8,144 nt of DNA from Amoebidium appalachense. Taxonomy: Eukaryota; Protista; Ichthyosporea. Location: the NCBI GenBank assembly GCA_963693365.1, contig CAVNZM010000103.1:1-8144 (forward strand), given 5' to 3'. Below are positions 8,108 to 8,144 of this stretch, piece after piece. Made by a program: the position numbers and the translations under genes. The notes under the pieces were generated by a model. The model was not told the DNA's origin. It did not search any database and was given only the letters and a program-made list of their open reading frames with translations. Each line of letters opens with the position of its first letter. The first letter of the stretch is position 1.

Positions 8108-8144
8108 GGTGCACATGTGCGACAGTGTGTGTGGGTGTTCAGGT

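Overview
This is eukaryotic genomic DNA with GT-AG spliceosomal introns and many microsatellites; I saw no prokaryotic genes, RNA genes or CRISPR array. Almost the whole window is one + strand, 8-exon gene (ATG 326 to TAG 7599) that the ORF track shows only in fragments. Predicted exons: E1 signal peptide (326-413), E2 PAN/Apple-like domain 1 (1010-1328), E3 18-nt micro-exon (2651-2668), E4 PAN domain 2 (3434-3677), E5 30-nt micro-exon (4405-4434), E6 PAN domain 3 (5541-5762), E7 EGF + truncated calcium-binding EGF + Thr-rich stalk + start of a C-terminal domain (6047-6560), and E8 the rest of that Cys-containing domain, which I do not recognise (7218-7599). The product would be a secreted adhesin/lectin-like protein of about 600 aa if repaired. 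Junctions from E1 to E7 are phase 1 except the E4 donor, so the modules behave as skippable cassettes. E2 carries an internal frameshift and a perfect 5x18-bp expansion, and E4 has an out-of-phase donor. Both lesions can be bypassed in frame by exon skipping or a cryptic acceptor. The introns and 3' flank contain many short local duplications and a possible antisense coding remnant. The organism cannot be determined from the sequence alone.
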